A stretch of DNA of 64,000 nt from an uncultured Spirochaetota bacterium (GCA_963820525.1 CAWGAA010000003.1:704001-768000); one strand, 5' to 3'; positions 22,929-33,104 are shown, counted from the first letter of the stretch. Notes: generated by a model from the sequence alone, not told the origin. Numbers and translations: made by a program.

Positions 22929-23805
22929 ATGAAGAAGTTCTTATTAACCATCGAGGCTTTGTCGTTCTGCGCGGCCGGCGCGTTCGCGGAGACGAACGCC
23001 GGTTCGCCATCCGCGGAGACTATAGTTCTCGTTCCCGGCGGGACGTTTGAAATGGGCGATACGTTCGGGGATAGGGGAGGAACTCGGACGAGGTTCCGGT
23101 GCATACTGTAACGCTAAGAAGTTTTTATATGGGAAATACTGCGTGACGTTCGACGAATATGACGCATTCTGCGACGATACGGGCCGTTCGAAACCGGAGG
23201 ACAAAAACTGGGGAAGAAGAAAGAGGCCGGTGATCCATGTAAGCTGGTACGACGCGATCGAGTACTGCAACTGGCTCAGTAAAAGGGAAGGGTTCACGCC
23301 GTTTTATCGTATGAACGGGTGCGGCATATCCGAGAACTGGTGTGCGGACGGCTACCTCCTGCCGACGGAAGCGGAATGGGAGCATGCGGTTCGGGAAGGG
23401 GGGAAGAAGGTGCGGTTCGGGAACGGGAAAGACAGAGCGGTTAATGATGCGGCGAATTTCAACGCGAGGCCGGCTTATAGGCAAAGCTACTTGGAAGAGG
23501 GCATGCATCGCTGCGAGAAATTGCCGGTCAAGCTTTTCGCCCCGAACACGCTGGGTTTGTACGATATGGCAGGAAACGTATGGCAGTGGTGCAATGACTG
23601 GCATGAAAGGGACTATTACTCGAGATCGCCTGCAGATAATCCGAAAGGAGGAAGCGGGGCAAGCGGATGTCGCGCGATTCGAGGCGGTTCCTGGGATAAT
23701 TGGACTCCGGCTATCGTCCGCGCGGCTTTTCGTTACGCGGAAGTTCCGGAGCGTGTTGACAGATTCATCACCGGTTTTCGGTTGTGCCGCGGTTTGCCTC
23801 GATAG
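22929..23805 (+). pseudogene. Formylglycine-generating enzyme (FGE-sulfatase/SUMF1) family protein with two frameshifts
   Basis: VPGGTFEMGD in one frame, NSDEVPVHTVTLRSFYM in a second (from 23081), GKYCVT...PVIHVSWYDA...LPTEAEWE...GLYDMAGNVWQW...RGGSW...GFRL in a third. Confidence 0.8.
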
Positions 23806-23857
23806 GACCGCCGAAAGTGAGTCTGCGGGTGGATTTTGTGAGCATCGAAAAGTACTT

Positions 23858-23891
23858 AAAAGTGCACAAAATAGTCTCTGAGTCTAAAGAC
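23858..23891 (+). promoter_or_regulatory. Putative activator-binding site, copy 2
   Basis: AAAAGTGCACA AAATAGTCTCTGAG TCTAAAGAC. Confidence 0.6.
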
Positions 23892-23996
23892 AGTCTAATC
23901 GCCCCTCCTCATAGTTATCTCTAGCAGAGAGGTACCTTGTGCAAAATCTACGTTGCCTTGCCGCGCTGGGCGCGGTAGAGCCGGGAAGGAGGACAT

Positions 23997-24881
23997 ATCA
24001 GCTTCCGTGAACTTCACTCAAGCCCACTTCGGCCGCAGGACCCAGCTGAGACGTGGGAGCTCTCTTATTCCGAGAAAGAAGGGGGTTCCTATTTTCGGGG
24101 CGTGCATGACATTTTCCCACACGCGCCTCGCAGGGCTGAGGACATCCCCAGTGGAGCCCTGGAGTCTCTCAGCGAAAGCTGTGGTATTGAAGGATTGCGC
24201 CAGGTTTTCCTCATTCCGCGGGCTGTGCGATCCATCGGATGGAGAGACCAGAAGGTGATATCCCCAAACAGTGTCCTGGCGATCGGCAGTCGGGCAGTCG
24301 GTCTCTGGACCGAGAAACCTGAGCCGGGTGTGAAGGTCATGATTCCCCTGAAGAAGCTTTCCGCTATTGAAGACGTTACGATCCTTCTCTATGGACGCTT
24401 GAGTTTTTTCTCCTTTGGTGACCGATTGACGATTCGCTACAACACACTCGCCCGCTCTGGACTCGAGCCGGCCCTGCTGGAGCTCCGCAGGCGTCTGACT
24501 GGCTCCCCCCAACCCATTCCTGGGGAGGATGATGGATCCGCGGAATTGCCTTTCAAGTGGAAACGCCTGCTGCGCAGCGCTCTCATCCGCTTGAATGAGG
24601 ACGCGTCGGTGGCCTTTCGGTTTGCGAACGCGCCGAGAAGCTCGCGCCACGATATCGAGCGCGGGCAGCTGCTCGTGCTGAACCCCCATGAGCTTGTCTA
24701 CATGTGTGACCCGGTTGAAGCATCTCACAACTATGGGGAGGATTCCTTCATCCTTCCTCGTTCACGGATCAACGCGGTGCGGGTCCGGGAGAAGAATCTG
24801 GAAGTTTTTTCCACTGGTGCCCATTTCTCGTTGTCAATGGTGTCGGAGCTCTGCGAGGCGGCGGCTCGATGGTTCGCCTGA
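23997..24881 (+). CDS. Hypothetical protein, possibly tandem PH-like domains (start uncertain: ATC at 23997 or GTG at 24102)
   Basis: Long open frame with protein-like composition; AGGAGG followed by in-frame ATC. Confidence 0.55.
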   Translation: MSFRELHSSPLRPQDPAETWELSYSEKEGGSYFRGVHDIFPHAPRRAEDIPSGALESLSESCGIEGLRQVFLIPRAVRSIGWRDQKVISPNSVLAIGSRAVGLWTEKPEPGVKVMIPLKKLSAIEDVTILLYGRLSFFSFGDRLTIRYNTLARSGLEPALLELRRRLTGSPQPIPGEDDGSAELPFKWKRLLRSALIRLNEDASVAFRFANAPRSSRHDIERGQLLVLNPHELVYMCDPVEASHNYGEDSFILPRSRINAVRVREKNLEVFSTGAHFSLSMVSELCEAAARWFA

Positions 24882-25137
24882 GCTAATTTTTACTATCACT
24901 ACGATACTCATTACCAACCACCTGATAAAGATCGGCCGCCCTCCCCCAGGACTGGTTTTGATGCGGGCTGGCATCTCTTCGCGTAGTCAATCGCCCCGTC
25001 GCCCATCATCCAGTCTGGCTTGGAACCGGTGCTCAGGGAAGCCAAAGCGGCGGGCGATACTGCCGACGCGGAAACACTGATACCGGCTGCGGGCCTCCGC
25101 GCGGCCCGACGCGAAGGGCGAGAACGGCTGATAGTCG

Positions 25138-25171
25138 AAAAGTGCACAAAATATCCGTATTATCTAAATAC
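25138..25171 (+). promoter_or_regulatory. Putative activator-binding site, copy 3
   Basis: AAAAGTGCACA AAATATCCGTATTA TCTAAATAC upstream of 25285. Confidence 0.6.
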
Positions 25172-25284
25172 CGTTGACGTTGGCAGTGATAGGCTAACAC
25201 TTGATTTCAATCCCGAGCCAGTTTTCTTATGGCTGCCTTGAGTTACATGCTGTTTGAGGATAATACTGGTTTAGGAGGAAGGTT

Positions 25285-25923
25285 ATGAAAAGATTATTAA
25301 CAGGACTATCAGTATTTTCCGTACTCTTATTGGTATCTGCCGGAGGACTCTCTGCCCAGGCAAAGGCAGCTACCCTGACATGCGTAGGCTTGTATTCGGA
25401 AACCGACGCCGGTTCTATCAGCTATAGAGTCGGCACCGGCAATTGGGTCGTTGTCAAGGTAGGCGACAAGATTCCCGCCAACGCGGAAATAAAAATCAAT
25501 GTGGACAGGGATTGGATAGAAGTAACGCCATCCGACAATCCGAACGCGGTTTACGAAATCACGGGAAGCGAATCGGGAGAGGTCCTCAAGAAAGTGGCGG
25601 ATATCCTGAAAAGCAAACCCAAATTGGTCAGTTTTCCGAAGGTCGTCGGCGGCAAGCCCGATCCGAAATTCAAGGACAAGCTGGCTGTAACGCAATACCT
25701 TGGAAGGCAGATCTATGTCGCAGCCAATTTGGATGAGAACGATATAAAGTATGGCGACCTTCTGGATATCAAGGGAAAAGTGAGGATCATCGCCATAAAT
25801 AATACCATAACCGTCATGAACGCAAGCAGAGCGGTCACCACCGTCGTCGGACCTCTGAAGTTCGACGTGGAAGCAGTGTTATCGAATAAGAAGCTGTACA
25901 AGTTCTTGAACGTCCTCAAATAA
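25285..25923 (+). CDS. Secreted hypothetical protein, beta-rich
   Basis: AGGAGG RBS; signal peptide MKRLLTGLSVFSVLLLVSAGGLSA; first gene before the ABC transporter. Confidence 0.8.
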   Translation: MKRLLTGLSVFSVLLLVSAGGLSAQAKAATLTCVGLYSETDAGSISYRVGTGNWVVVKVGDKIPANAEIKINVDRDWIEVTPSDNPNAVYEITGSESGEVLKKVADILKSKPKLVSFPKVVGGKPDPKFKDKLAVTQYLGRQIYVAANLDENDIKYGDLLDIKGKVRIIAINNTITVMNASRAVTTVVGPLKFDVEAVLSNKKLYKFLNVLK

Positions 25924-26072
25924 TTGGACGGAAAGGAGGAAGCGGAGAAGGAGGAGCAACAAAGAGAGGTATTTGGGAAGTATGTTCTTGGGCTTTCTTT
26001 ATTGGCTCTGACCAATAGAGAAAAGGGGAAGCGTCAGAAAGGCAAGATTTTTTTCAAGAAGGAGGATTCTTC

Positions 26073-27029
26073 ATGAAGAAATTCCTAGTACTGTTGGTGG
26101 CAATGCTCGCGGTTTCTATGGCCGCGTTCGCTGCACCGTGGGTCGTCGGTTTCTCCCAGATCGGTTCCGAAAGCGAATGGAGGACCGCCGATACCACTTC
26201 CGTTCAGACTGCGTTCTGGGAAGATCCGAATTTTCTTCTGATCTATTCCGACGCGCAGCAGAAGCAGGAGAACCAGATCAAGGCACTCAGGTCTTTCATA
26301 GCGAGAAAGGTCGACGTCATCCTCTTTACGGCTCTTGTCGAGACCGGCTACGGTCCCGTTCTCGCGGAGGCCCAGAGGGCGAAGATCCCCGTCGTCATGA
26401 TCGATAGGGACGTTGCGAAGGAAGACCAGAAATATAGACTGACCATCATGGGCTCTGATTTCGTGAAGGAAGGCGAGAAAACCGCTACGTGGCTTGCCGA
26501 CTATCTGAAGAAACAGGGCATCGACGATGGTTCGAAGCAGATCAACATAGTCGAGCTTCAGGGCACCACCGGTTCCGCTCCCGCCATCGACAGGAAGACC
26601 GGTTTCGCAACCATCATGGCGAAGCATCCCAATTGGAAGATCACTCGCTCCCAGACCGGCAACTTCACCAGCTCTGAAGGCAAGGCCGTCATGGAAGCCT
26701 TCCTGAAAGCCGACAAGACCATCCAGGTACTGTACGCCCATAACGATCAGATGGCCCTCGGCGCCATCCAGGCTATCAAGGAAGCCGGCCTCAAGCCCGG
26801 AAAGGACATCATCATCGTAGGCATAGACGCAGTGAAGGGTGCTTTCGAAGCCATGGTCGCCGGCGAGATGAACGCTTCCATCGAATGCAACCCCCTGCTC
26901 GGGCCCCAGGCCCTCCAGGCCGTCAAGGATCTCCGGGCCGGCAAGAAGCTGCCCGCCAGGATCTGGACGATCGAAGGCGTTTACGACCAGACGAACGCGG
27001 CCGCGGCGCTGCCGACTCGCCAGTACTAA
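26073..27029 (+). CDS. ytfQ: Sugar (furanose) ABC transporter substrate-binding protein, YtfQ-like
   Basis: VGFSQIGSESEWR, SDAQQKQENQIKALRSFI, VELQGTTGSAPAIDRK, AHND. Confidence 0.88.
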   Translation: MKKFLVLLVAMLAVSMAAFAAPWVVGFSQIGSESEWRTADTTSVQTAFWEDPNFLLIYSDAQQKQENQIKALRSFIARKVDVILFTALVETGYGPVLAEAQRAKIPVVMIDRDVAKEDQKYRLTIMGSDFVKEGEKTATWLADYLKKQGIDDGSKQINIVELQGTTGSAPAIDRKTGFATIMAKHPNWKITRSQTGNFTSSEGKAVMEAFLKADKTIQVLYAHNDQMALGAIQAIKEAGLKPGKDIIIVGIDAVKGAFEAMVAGEMNASIECNPLLGPQALQAVKDLRAGKKLPARIWTIEGVYDQTNAAAALPTRQY

Positions 27030-27069
27030 TTTTCTGAAATTAAAAAAGCGCTTGATTCCTGATTGACGA

Positions 27070-27095
27070 AAGACCACCCCGTAAGGGGTGGTCTT
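27070..27095. terminator. Stem-loop after SBP gene
   Basis: AAGACCACCCC-GTAA-GGGGTGGTCTT perfect inverted repeat. Confidence 0.7.
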
Positions 27096-27145
27096 GATTA
27101 ATCGTTGCGTGTATGGCCTATGATGGTGAAAGAGGAGGCATGGGC

Positions 27146-28672
27146 ATGTCCGACAGCACCCCCATCTTGGAGATGAAAAAGATATATAAATATTTTCCGG
27201 GCGTGAAAGCATTGTCCGACGTGGATTTCCGGCTTTTCAGAGGCGAGGTCCACGCCATAATGGGTCAAAACGGAGCCGGAAAATCCACCTTGATCAAAGT
27301 TCTCACCGGCGTGCATAAGCACGACTCGGGCGAGATGCTCCTGGAAGGGAAACCGATTAGACCGGATTCGCCCCTGGCCGCTCAAAAACTGGGAATCAGC
27401 ACGGTATATCAGGAAATAAACCTCTGCCCGAACCTGTCCGTCGCGGAAAATATTTTCGTCGGCAAACAGCCGATGAAATTCGGAAGAATCGATTGGAAAA
27501 AGTTGAATCGAAGAGCTGAAGAAGTATTGAAAAGATTGAATATCGTCATTGACGTAACCCAGATATTATCGTCCTATTCCATCGCGATTCAGCAAATGGT
27601 AGCCACTGCCCGCGTCCTGGATGTTTCCTCCAAGATTTTGATCCTGGATGAACCGACCTCCAGTTTGGATGAAAACGAAGTGGAACAATTATTCAAAGTC
27701 ATCAGGTCATTACGGGATGGCGGGTTGGCGATCATATTCATTACACATTTTTTGGACCAAACCTATCAGATTTCGGACCGGATCACGATCCTTAAGAACG
27801 GAGCGTTCTGCGGGGAATATAAAACTGAAAGCCTTCCGAAGCTGGACTTGATCGCCAGGATGCTGGGCAAGGAATTATCCGAATTCAGCTTCGCCGCAAA
27901 AAGCGATGAAAGAAAAAAGGCGTCCGCGAAAGCTAGCAAAGACGCGAAGAGCGTGTTAAGCGTCAAGGAGCTCGGGTTGCGGGGTTCCATAGCGCCCTTC
28001 ACTATCGATCTGAACGAAGGCGACGTGCTCGGATTAGCCGGACTTTTGGGTTCCGGCAGAACCGAGATGGCGAGGCTCATTTTCGGCATCGACGGAGCGA
28101 ACCAGGGTGAAATTCGCGTAAAAGGGAAAAAAACCAATATCAATGCTCCAAGAAGCGCGATGATGGCAGGAATGGGTTTCTGTTCGGAAGACAGAAAGAA
28201 AGAGGGAATTTTCGCCGAACTCACCGTCCGGGAAAATATTATCCTGGCCTTGCAGGGCAGGAAAGGGATTTTCCAATATATTTCGACCAAAAAGCAATTG
28301 GAAATCGCCGACGAACTGATAAAATCTCTGGAAATCAAGACTCCGAGCGCGAATAACGAAGCCAGGCAGCTCAGCGGAGGCAACCAGCAGAAAGTGATGC
28401 TGGCACGATGGCTTGCCACCAATCCGATAATACTCATTCTCGATGAACCGACGCGCGGTATAGACGTCGGAGCCAAACTGGAGATTATGGAATTGATACT
28501 GAACCTGAGCAGACGGGGGATGGGCGTCATATTCATCTCATCGGAATTTGAGGAAGTCGTCCGATGCAGCAACAGGATAGCCGTCTTGAAAGACAGGGTA
28601 AAAATCGCCGAACTAGGCGGCGACGACATGAACGAGAGCAACATCATGCATACTATCGCGGGAGGTAAATAG
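27146..28672 (+). CDS. ytfR: Sugar ABC transporter ATP-binding protein (CUT2, two NBDs), YtfR-like
   Basis: GQNGAGKST, LDEPT, GLLGSGRTE, LSGGNQQKV, DEPTRGIDVGAK. Confidence 0.9.
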   Translation: MSDSTPILEMKKIYKYFPGVKALSDVDFRLFRGEVHAIMGQNGAGKSTLIKVLTGVHKHDSGEMLLEGKPIRPDSPLAAQKLGISTVYQEINLCPNLSVAENIFVGKQPMKFGRIDWKKLNRRAEEVLKRLNIVIDVTQILSSYSIAIQQMVATARVLDVSSKILILDEPTSSLDENEVEQLFKVIRSLRDGGLAIIFITHFLDQTYQISDRITILKNGAFCGEYKTESLPKLDLIARMLGKELSEFSFAAKSDERKKASAKASKDAKSVLSVKELGLRGSIAPFTIDLNEGDVLGLAGLLGSGRTEMARLIFGIDGANQGEIRVKGKKTNINAPRSAMMAGMGFCSEDRKKEGIFAELTVRENIILALQGRKGIFQYISTKKQLEIADELIKSLEIKTPSANNEARQLSGGNQQKVMLARWLATNPIILILDEPTRGIDVGAKLEIMELILNLSRRGMGVIFISSEFEEVVRCSNRIAVLKDRVKIAELGGDDMNESNIMHTIAGGK

Positions 28673-28674
28673 GT

Positions 28675-29694
28675 ATGAAATCGTTGAGAACCTTGAGCCG
28701 CGCCAAAATAGTGTGGCCGCTCATTACCCTGGGAATTCTCCTGCTCTTCAATCTCTTCTTTACTCCCAACTTTTTTCATATAGAGATAATGGAAGGACAT
28801 TTGTTCGGCAATTTGATCGATATTTTGAAGAACGCCGCCCCGATAATGCTTTTAGCGATAGGGCTGACGCTGGTAATAGCGACGCACGGAATCGATATAT
28901 CCGTCGGATCCGTGGTGGCGATTTCCGCCGGCGTCGTCGCGATGTTGATCGGCGGAGATTTGGCCGGCCACCCCAAGTATCCCATTGCTATCGCAATGAT
29001 CGCCGCCTTATTGGTATCGACCTCGGCGGGAATGTGGAACGGAATGCTGGTCTCACGGGTCGGCATGCAGCCCATCATCGCCACCCTGATCCTCTTCGTC
29101 GCGGGCCGCGGAATAGCCATGGTATTTACGAACGCAATGGTCATCTGGCTCTATGCCAAACCGTTCGCTTTTTTGGGCACCGGCTACCTGGGTCTGCCGT
29201 TTTCCATCTATATCGTTGCATTTGTGTTGATAGCGACGATTATCGTGACCAGGAGAACGGCGCTGGGCTTATTCATAGAAGCGGTGGGAATAAACCCGAC
29301 GGCGACCCGATTTTCCGGAATAAACGCCAAGAACATCATTTTCTGGGTCTATTCGTTCAGCGGGCTCTGCGCGGGCATATCGGGGTTGATCGTTTGTTCG
29401 ACCATCATGAGCGCCGATGGGAACAACGCGGGCAACTTGTTTGAACTGGACGCAATACTGGCCGTCGTGTTGGGCGGCACGTCGCTGAACGGCGGTAAGT
29501 TTTACCTGTTGGGCAGCATGGTCGGCGCCTTGATCATTCAGACGCTGACAACGACCATCTACGCATTCAACATCGCGCCGCAGATTTCTCAGGTTGTGAA
29601 GGCGCTGGTCGTGTACGCCGTCAGCTTATTGCAGTCCGAGAATTTCCGCGCGCGGATAGCGGGAATCTTCGCCAGCAAGGGGGTGTCGGCATGA
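28675..29694 (+). CDS. ytfT: Sugar ABC transporter permease, YtfT-like
   Basis: GIDISVGS, QPIIATLIL.VAGRGIA, GLFIEAVGINP, ELDAILAVVLGGTSL.GG. Confidence 0.88.
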   Translation: MKSLRTLSRAKIVWPLITLGILLLFNLFFTPNFFHIEIMEGHLFGNLIDILKNAAPIMLLAIGLTLVIATHGIDISVGSVVAISAGVVAMLIGGDLAGHPKYPIAIAMIAALLVSTSAGMWNGMLVSRVGMQPIIATLILFVAGRGIAMVFTNAMVIWLYAKPFAFLGTGYLGLPFSIYIVAFVLIATIIVTRRTALGLFIEAVGINPTATRFSGINAKNIIFWVYSFSGLCAGISGLIVCSTIMSADGNNAGNLFELDAILAVVLGGTSLNGGKFYLLGSMVGALIIQTLTTTIYAFNIAPQISQVVKALVVYAVSLLQSENFRARIAGIFASKGVSA

Positions 29695-30713
29695 ACAGGA
29701 TTTCCATTATAAACTCCAGAAGCCTCCCCATTCTCGTGACCCTTGTGCTGTTTCTGCTGATGTTCGGGTTGGGCTCGGTCTCTTTTACGGGATTCTTTTC
29801 TATTCAGAACTTTTATAACCTCTTTATCGACAACTCGTATCTCTTGATCCTTGCCGTGGGAATGACCTTCGTCATCGTATCGGGAGGAATCGACCTGTCC
29901 GTCGGTTCCATGCTTGGCTTTGCCACGATGCTGGCGGCCAGCCTCGTAGAAAAGTCCCACTTGAGCCCGATCATCGTGATACCGGTGGTCCTCCTGGTAG
30001 GAACGTTGATAGGCTTATTCATGGGATATCTCATCCAGACCTTCGATCTTCCGCCGTTCATAATTACGCTGGCGGGCTTGTATCTGGGGAGAGGTTTGTG
30101 CTACGTGGTCAGCATCGATACGATAGGGATTACCACCGATTTCTGGGAAGCCGCGGCGCATCATCAGTTCAATATCATCGGAACGAATTTCATCTCGCCA
30201 AGCGTTGTCATTGGCCTTGTCATCGTCGTGGTCGGGGTTTACGTTTCGCGTTTCACAAAGTTTGGACGAACGGTCTACGCCATCGGAGGCAGCGAGCAGT
30301 CGGCCCTGCTGATGGGTCTTCCCGTTGCGAGCACGAAGATGGCAATCTACGCCTTGAGCGGCTTCTGTTCGGCGCTGGCGGGGATTGTGTTCACCTTCTA
30401 TACGCTGTCCGGTTACGCGCTGGACGGAAAAGGAATGGAACTGGACACGATCGCGGCGGTCGTGATCGGCGGCACCCTGTTGACCGGTGGAGTGGGCACC
30501 ATCCTCGGGACGGTGTTGGGCGTGCTGGTCTATGGGATCATCCAGGTGCTCATTGTGTTTCAGGGAACCCTCAACTCATGGTGGACGAGAATCGTGATCG
30601 GTTTCCTGGTCTTCGTATTCTGCCTGCTGCAGAGGCTCTTCGAGTCGGGAAGAAGCGGCGCAATGGCGAAGAGTATTACCCGGCAACCTGAAAGCGCCCG
30701 GGCCGGGAAATAG
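29691..30713 (+). CDS. yjfF: Sugar ABC transporter permease, YjfF-like
   Basis: GMTFVIVSGGIDLSVGS, YAIGGSEQSALLMGLPV, GGTLLTGGVG, SWWTRI. Confidence 0.88.
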   Translation: MNRISIINSRSLPILVTLVLFLLMFGLGSVSFTGFFSIQNFYNLFIDNSYLLILAVGMTFVIVSGGIDLSVGSMLGFATMLAASLVEKSHLSPIIVIPVVLLVGTLIGLFMGYLIQTFDLPPFIITLAGLYLGRGLCYVVSIDTIGITTDFWEAAAHHQFNIIGTNFISPSVVIGLVIVVVGVYVSRFTKFGRTVYAIGGSEQSALLMGLPVASTKMAIYALSGFCSALAGIVFTFYTLSGYALDGKGMELDTIAAVVIGGTLLTGGVGTILGTVLGVLVYGIIQVLIVFQGTLNSWWTRIVIGFLVFVFCLLQRLFESGRSGAMAKSITRQPESARAGK

Positions 30714-30717
30714 AGAG

Positions 30718-32394
30718 ATGGGCAGGCTCATCATCGGGATCGACTACGGAACCGACTCCGTGCGTTCAGTCATCATCGACGCCGAGAACGGGAAAGAGCT
30801 GGCCAATGAGGTCACCTACTACAAACGCTGGGCGGCCGGCATGTTCTCCAGTCCGGCGAAAAACGTATTCCGCCAGCACCCCTTGGACTATGTAGAAGGC
30901 CTGGAGGATTCGCTCAAAGGAGCCCTGAAAAAAATGGGCAAGGGCGCGGGAAAGCGGGTCGTGGGCATCGGGATCGACACCACGGGCTCCACGCCCTGCG
31001 CGGTGGACCGCGCAGGAACTCCCCTGGCGCTCACGCCGGGCTTCGAGGAAAATCCCAACGCCATGTTCGTGCTCTGGAAGGATCATTCGGGCGTGAAGGA
31101 AGCCGAGCTCGTCAACAAGGTTGCGCGCGGATGGGGCGGAACGGACTTCACCAAGTACGAGGGGGGCGTCTATTCCTCGGAGTGGTTCTGGTCCAAGATC
31201 CTCCACGTGCTGCGCTCGGATCCCGCGGTGCGTCGTGCCGCGTATTCCTGGGTGGAGCACTGCGACTGGATGCCGGCCCTCCTCACCGGCACAACCAACC
31301 CCCTCACGATGAAGAGGAGCAGGTGCGCGGCCGGGCACAAGGCGATGTGGCACGGAGAGTGGGGCGGCCTCCCGCCCGAGGAGTTCCTCGTCAGGATAGA
31401 TCCGCTGCTCAAGGGACTCCGCTCCCGGCTGTTCACCGAGACCGCGACCTCGGACATACGGGCGGGCGGGCTCACGGCCGAATGGGCAAAGCGTCTCGGC
31501 CTCGAGCCGGGAACCGCCGTGGCGGTCGGCGCGTTCGATGCCCACATGGGAGCCGTCGGCGGCGGGATCCGTAGCGGCACTCTGGTCAAGATCATGGGAA
31601 CCTCGACCTGCGACATGCTCGTCGTCCCGGCCAAGACGCTGGGCGGCAAGTGCGTCGCGGGAATCTGCGGGCAGGTCGACGGGTCCATCATCCCCGGAAT
31701 GGTGGGGCTTGAAGCCGGGCAGTCCGCCTTCGGCGACGTGTACGCGTGGTTCAAGGACCTCCTGGCCTGGCCGTTGGGCAATGGCCTGGGCGGGCTGCGC
31801 GGGGCCAAGGGAGCGACGCTCGCGGGACTCAAGCAGGAGATCGAGGGAAACATCCTCTTCCGTCTCGCCGCGGAAGCAGAGAAGTCGGATCCGGGTGAAT
31901 CGACCCTCGTCGCGCTGGACTGGCTGAACGGCAGGAGGACGCCGTTCGCGGACCAGGGGCTGAAGGGGGCCATCGTGGGGCTTACCCTCGGCACCAACGC
32001 CCCGAAGATCTTCCGCGCGCTCGTTGAAGCCACGGCCTTCGGCGCCCGCGCCATTGTCGAGCAGTTCCGCAGGGAAGGGATCCGAATAGATTCCGTCATC
32101 GCCCAGGGGGGCATCGCGCGAAAGAGTCCCTTCGTCATGCAGGTGACTGCAGACGTCCTGGGGATGCCGATCCGCGTCGTGGCCTCGGATCAGGCCTGCG
32201 CTCTCGGGGCGGGGATGTTCGGGGCGGTGGCTGCGGGCGCCTACCCGTCAGTTGCGGCGGCGCAGAAAAAGATGGGAAGCGGCTTCGACATGAGCTTCAG
32301 CCCGAACAGGCGGCGAGCCCGGCTCTACAGCGGCCTGTATCGCAGGTACGCAAGCCTCGGCGGGAGCCTGGAAGAGCTCCTGCGCGCCCTATGA
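30718..32394 (+). CDS. araB: L-ribulokinase
   Basis: IGIDYGTDSVR, FRQHPLDY, DTTGSTP, GGVYSSEWFWSK, RSRCAAGHK, EAGQSAFGD, DWLNGRRTP. Confidence 0.95.
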   Translation: MGRLIIGIDYGTDSVRSVIIDAENGKELANEVTYYKRWAAGMFSSPAKNVFRQHPLDYVEGLEDSLKGALKKMGKGAGKRVVGIGIDTTGSTPCAVDRAGTPLALTPGFEENPNAMFVLWKDHSGVKEAELVNKVARGWGGTDFTKYEGGVYSSEWFWSKILHVLRSDPAVRRAAYSWVEHCDWMPALLTGTTNPLTMKRSRCAAGHKAMWHGEWGGLPPEEFLVRIDPLLKGLRSRLFTETATSDIRAGGLTAEWAKRLGLEPGTAVAVGAFDAHMGAVGGGIRSGTLVKIMGTSTCDMLVVPAKTLGGKCVAGICGQVDGSIIPGMVGLEAGQSAFGDVYAWFKDLLAWPLGNGLGGLRGAKGATLAGLKQEIEGNILFRLAAEAEKSDPGESTLVALDWLNGRRTPFADQGLKGAIVGLTLGTNAPKIFRALVEATAFGARAIVEQFRREGIRIDSVIAQGGIARKSPFVMQVTADVLGMPIRVVASDQACALGAGMFGAVAAGAYPSVAAAQKKMGSGFDMSFSPNRRRARLYSGLYRRYASLGGSLEELLRAL

Positions 32395-33104
32395 ACGCGG
32401 CTCACGCGGGACGCGTCCGACGCTTGCGCGAAGAGGTCTGCGCGGCCAACAAGGAGCTGGTCACCCGCGGGCTGGTGATTTCAACCTTCGGAAACGTCTC
32501 CGGCATCGACAAGGAGCTGGGAGTCATCGCCATCAAGCCGAGCGGTGTGGATTATGCTGAGCTCACCCCACGAAACATCGTGCTTCTCGACGCCGACGGC
32601 AAAAGGATGGAAGGGGACCTGAACCCGTCCTCGGACGCCAAGACCCATGTGCGGCTCTACAAGGCCTTCCCGGGCATCGGCGGAGTCGTGCACACCCACT
32701 CGCGCTATGCCACCTCCTGGGCCCAGGCCGGGCTCCCCCTCCCCTGCTACGGGACCACCCATGCCGATTATTTTCACGGCGAGGTGCCCTGCACCGAAGT
32801 CATAACCGACGCCCAGATCTCGCGGGACTACGAGGAGGAGACTGCGGTCCAGATCATCGACGCCTTCCGGGCGCTGGATCCCCTCGAGGTTCCCGCGGTG
32901 CTCGTCGCTTCACACGGTCCCTTTACGTGGGGGACGGACGCATTCGATGCGGTCCACAACGCCCAGATGCTCGAGTACGCCGCGGAGATGGCCATTTCCA
33001 CCAGGCTCCTCAACCCGGCGATACAGGGGGTCAAGAAAACCCTCCTGGACAAGCATTTCCTGCGCAAGCACGGAAAAAATGCCTACTATGGGCAGAAGAA
33101 ATAG
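32391..33104 (+). CDS. araD: L-ribulose-5-phosphate 4-epimerase
   Basis: TFGNVSG, IKPSGVDY, PSSD, VHTHS, GTTHADYFHG, HFLRKHGKNAYYGQ. Confidence 0.95.
   Translation: MNAAHAGRVRRLREEVCAANKELVTRGLVISTFGNVSGIDKELGVIAIKPSGVDYAELTPRNIVLLDADGKRMEGDLNPSSDAKTHVRLYKAFPGIGGVVHTHSRYATSWAQAGLPLPCYGTTHADYFHGEVPCTEVITDAQISRDYEEETAVQIIDAFRALDPLEVPAVLVASHGPFTWGTDAFDAVHNAQMLEYAAEMAISTRLLNPAIQGVKKTLLDKHFLRKHGKNAYYGQKK

Noticed and set aside
24911..25147. Minus-strand 78-aa ORF faintly resembling a short-chain dehydrogenase C-terminus
   Set aside because: Similarity too weak to support by eye; no credible start or RBS
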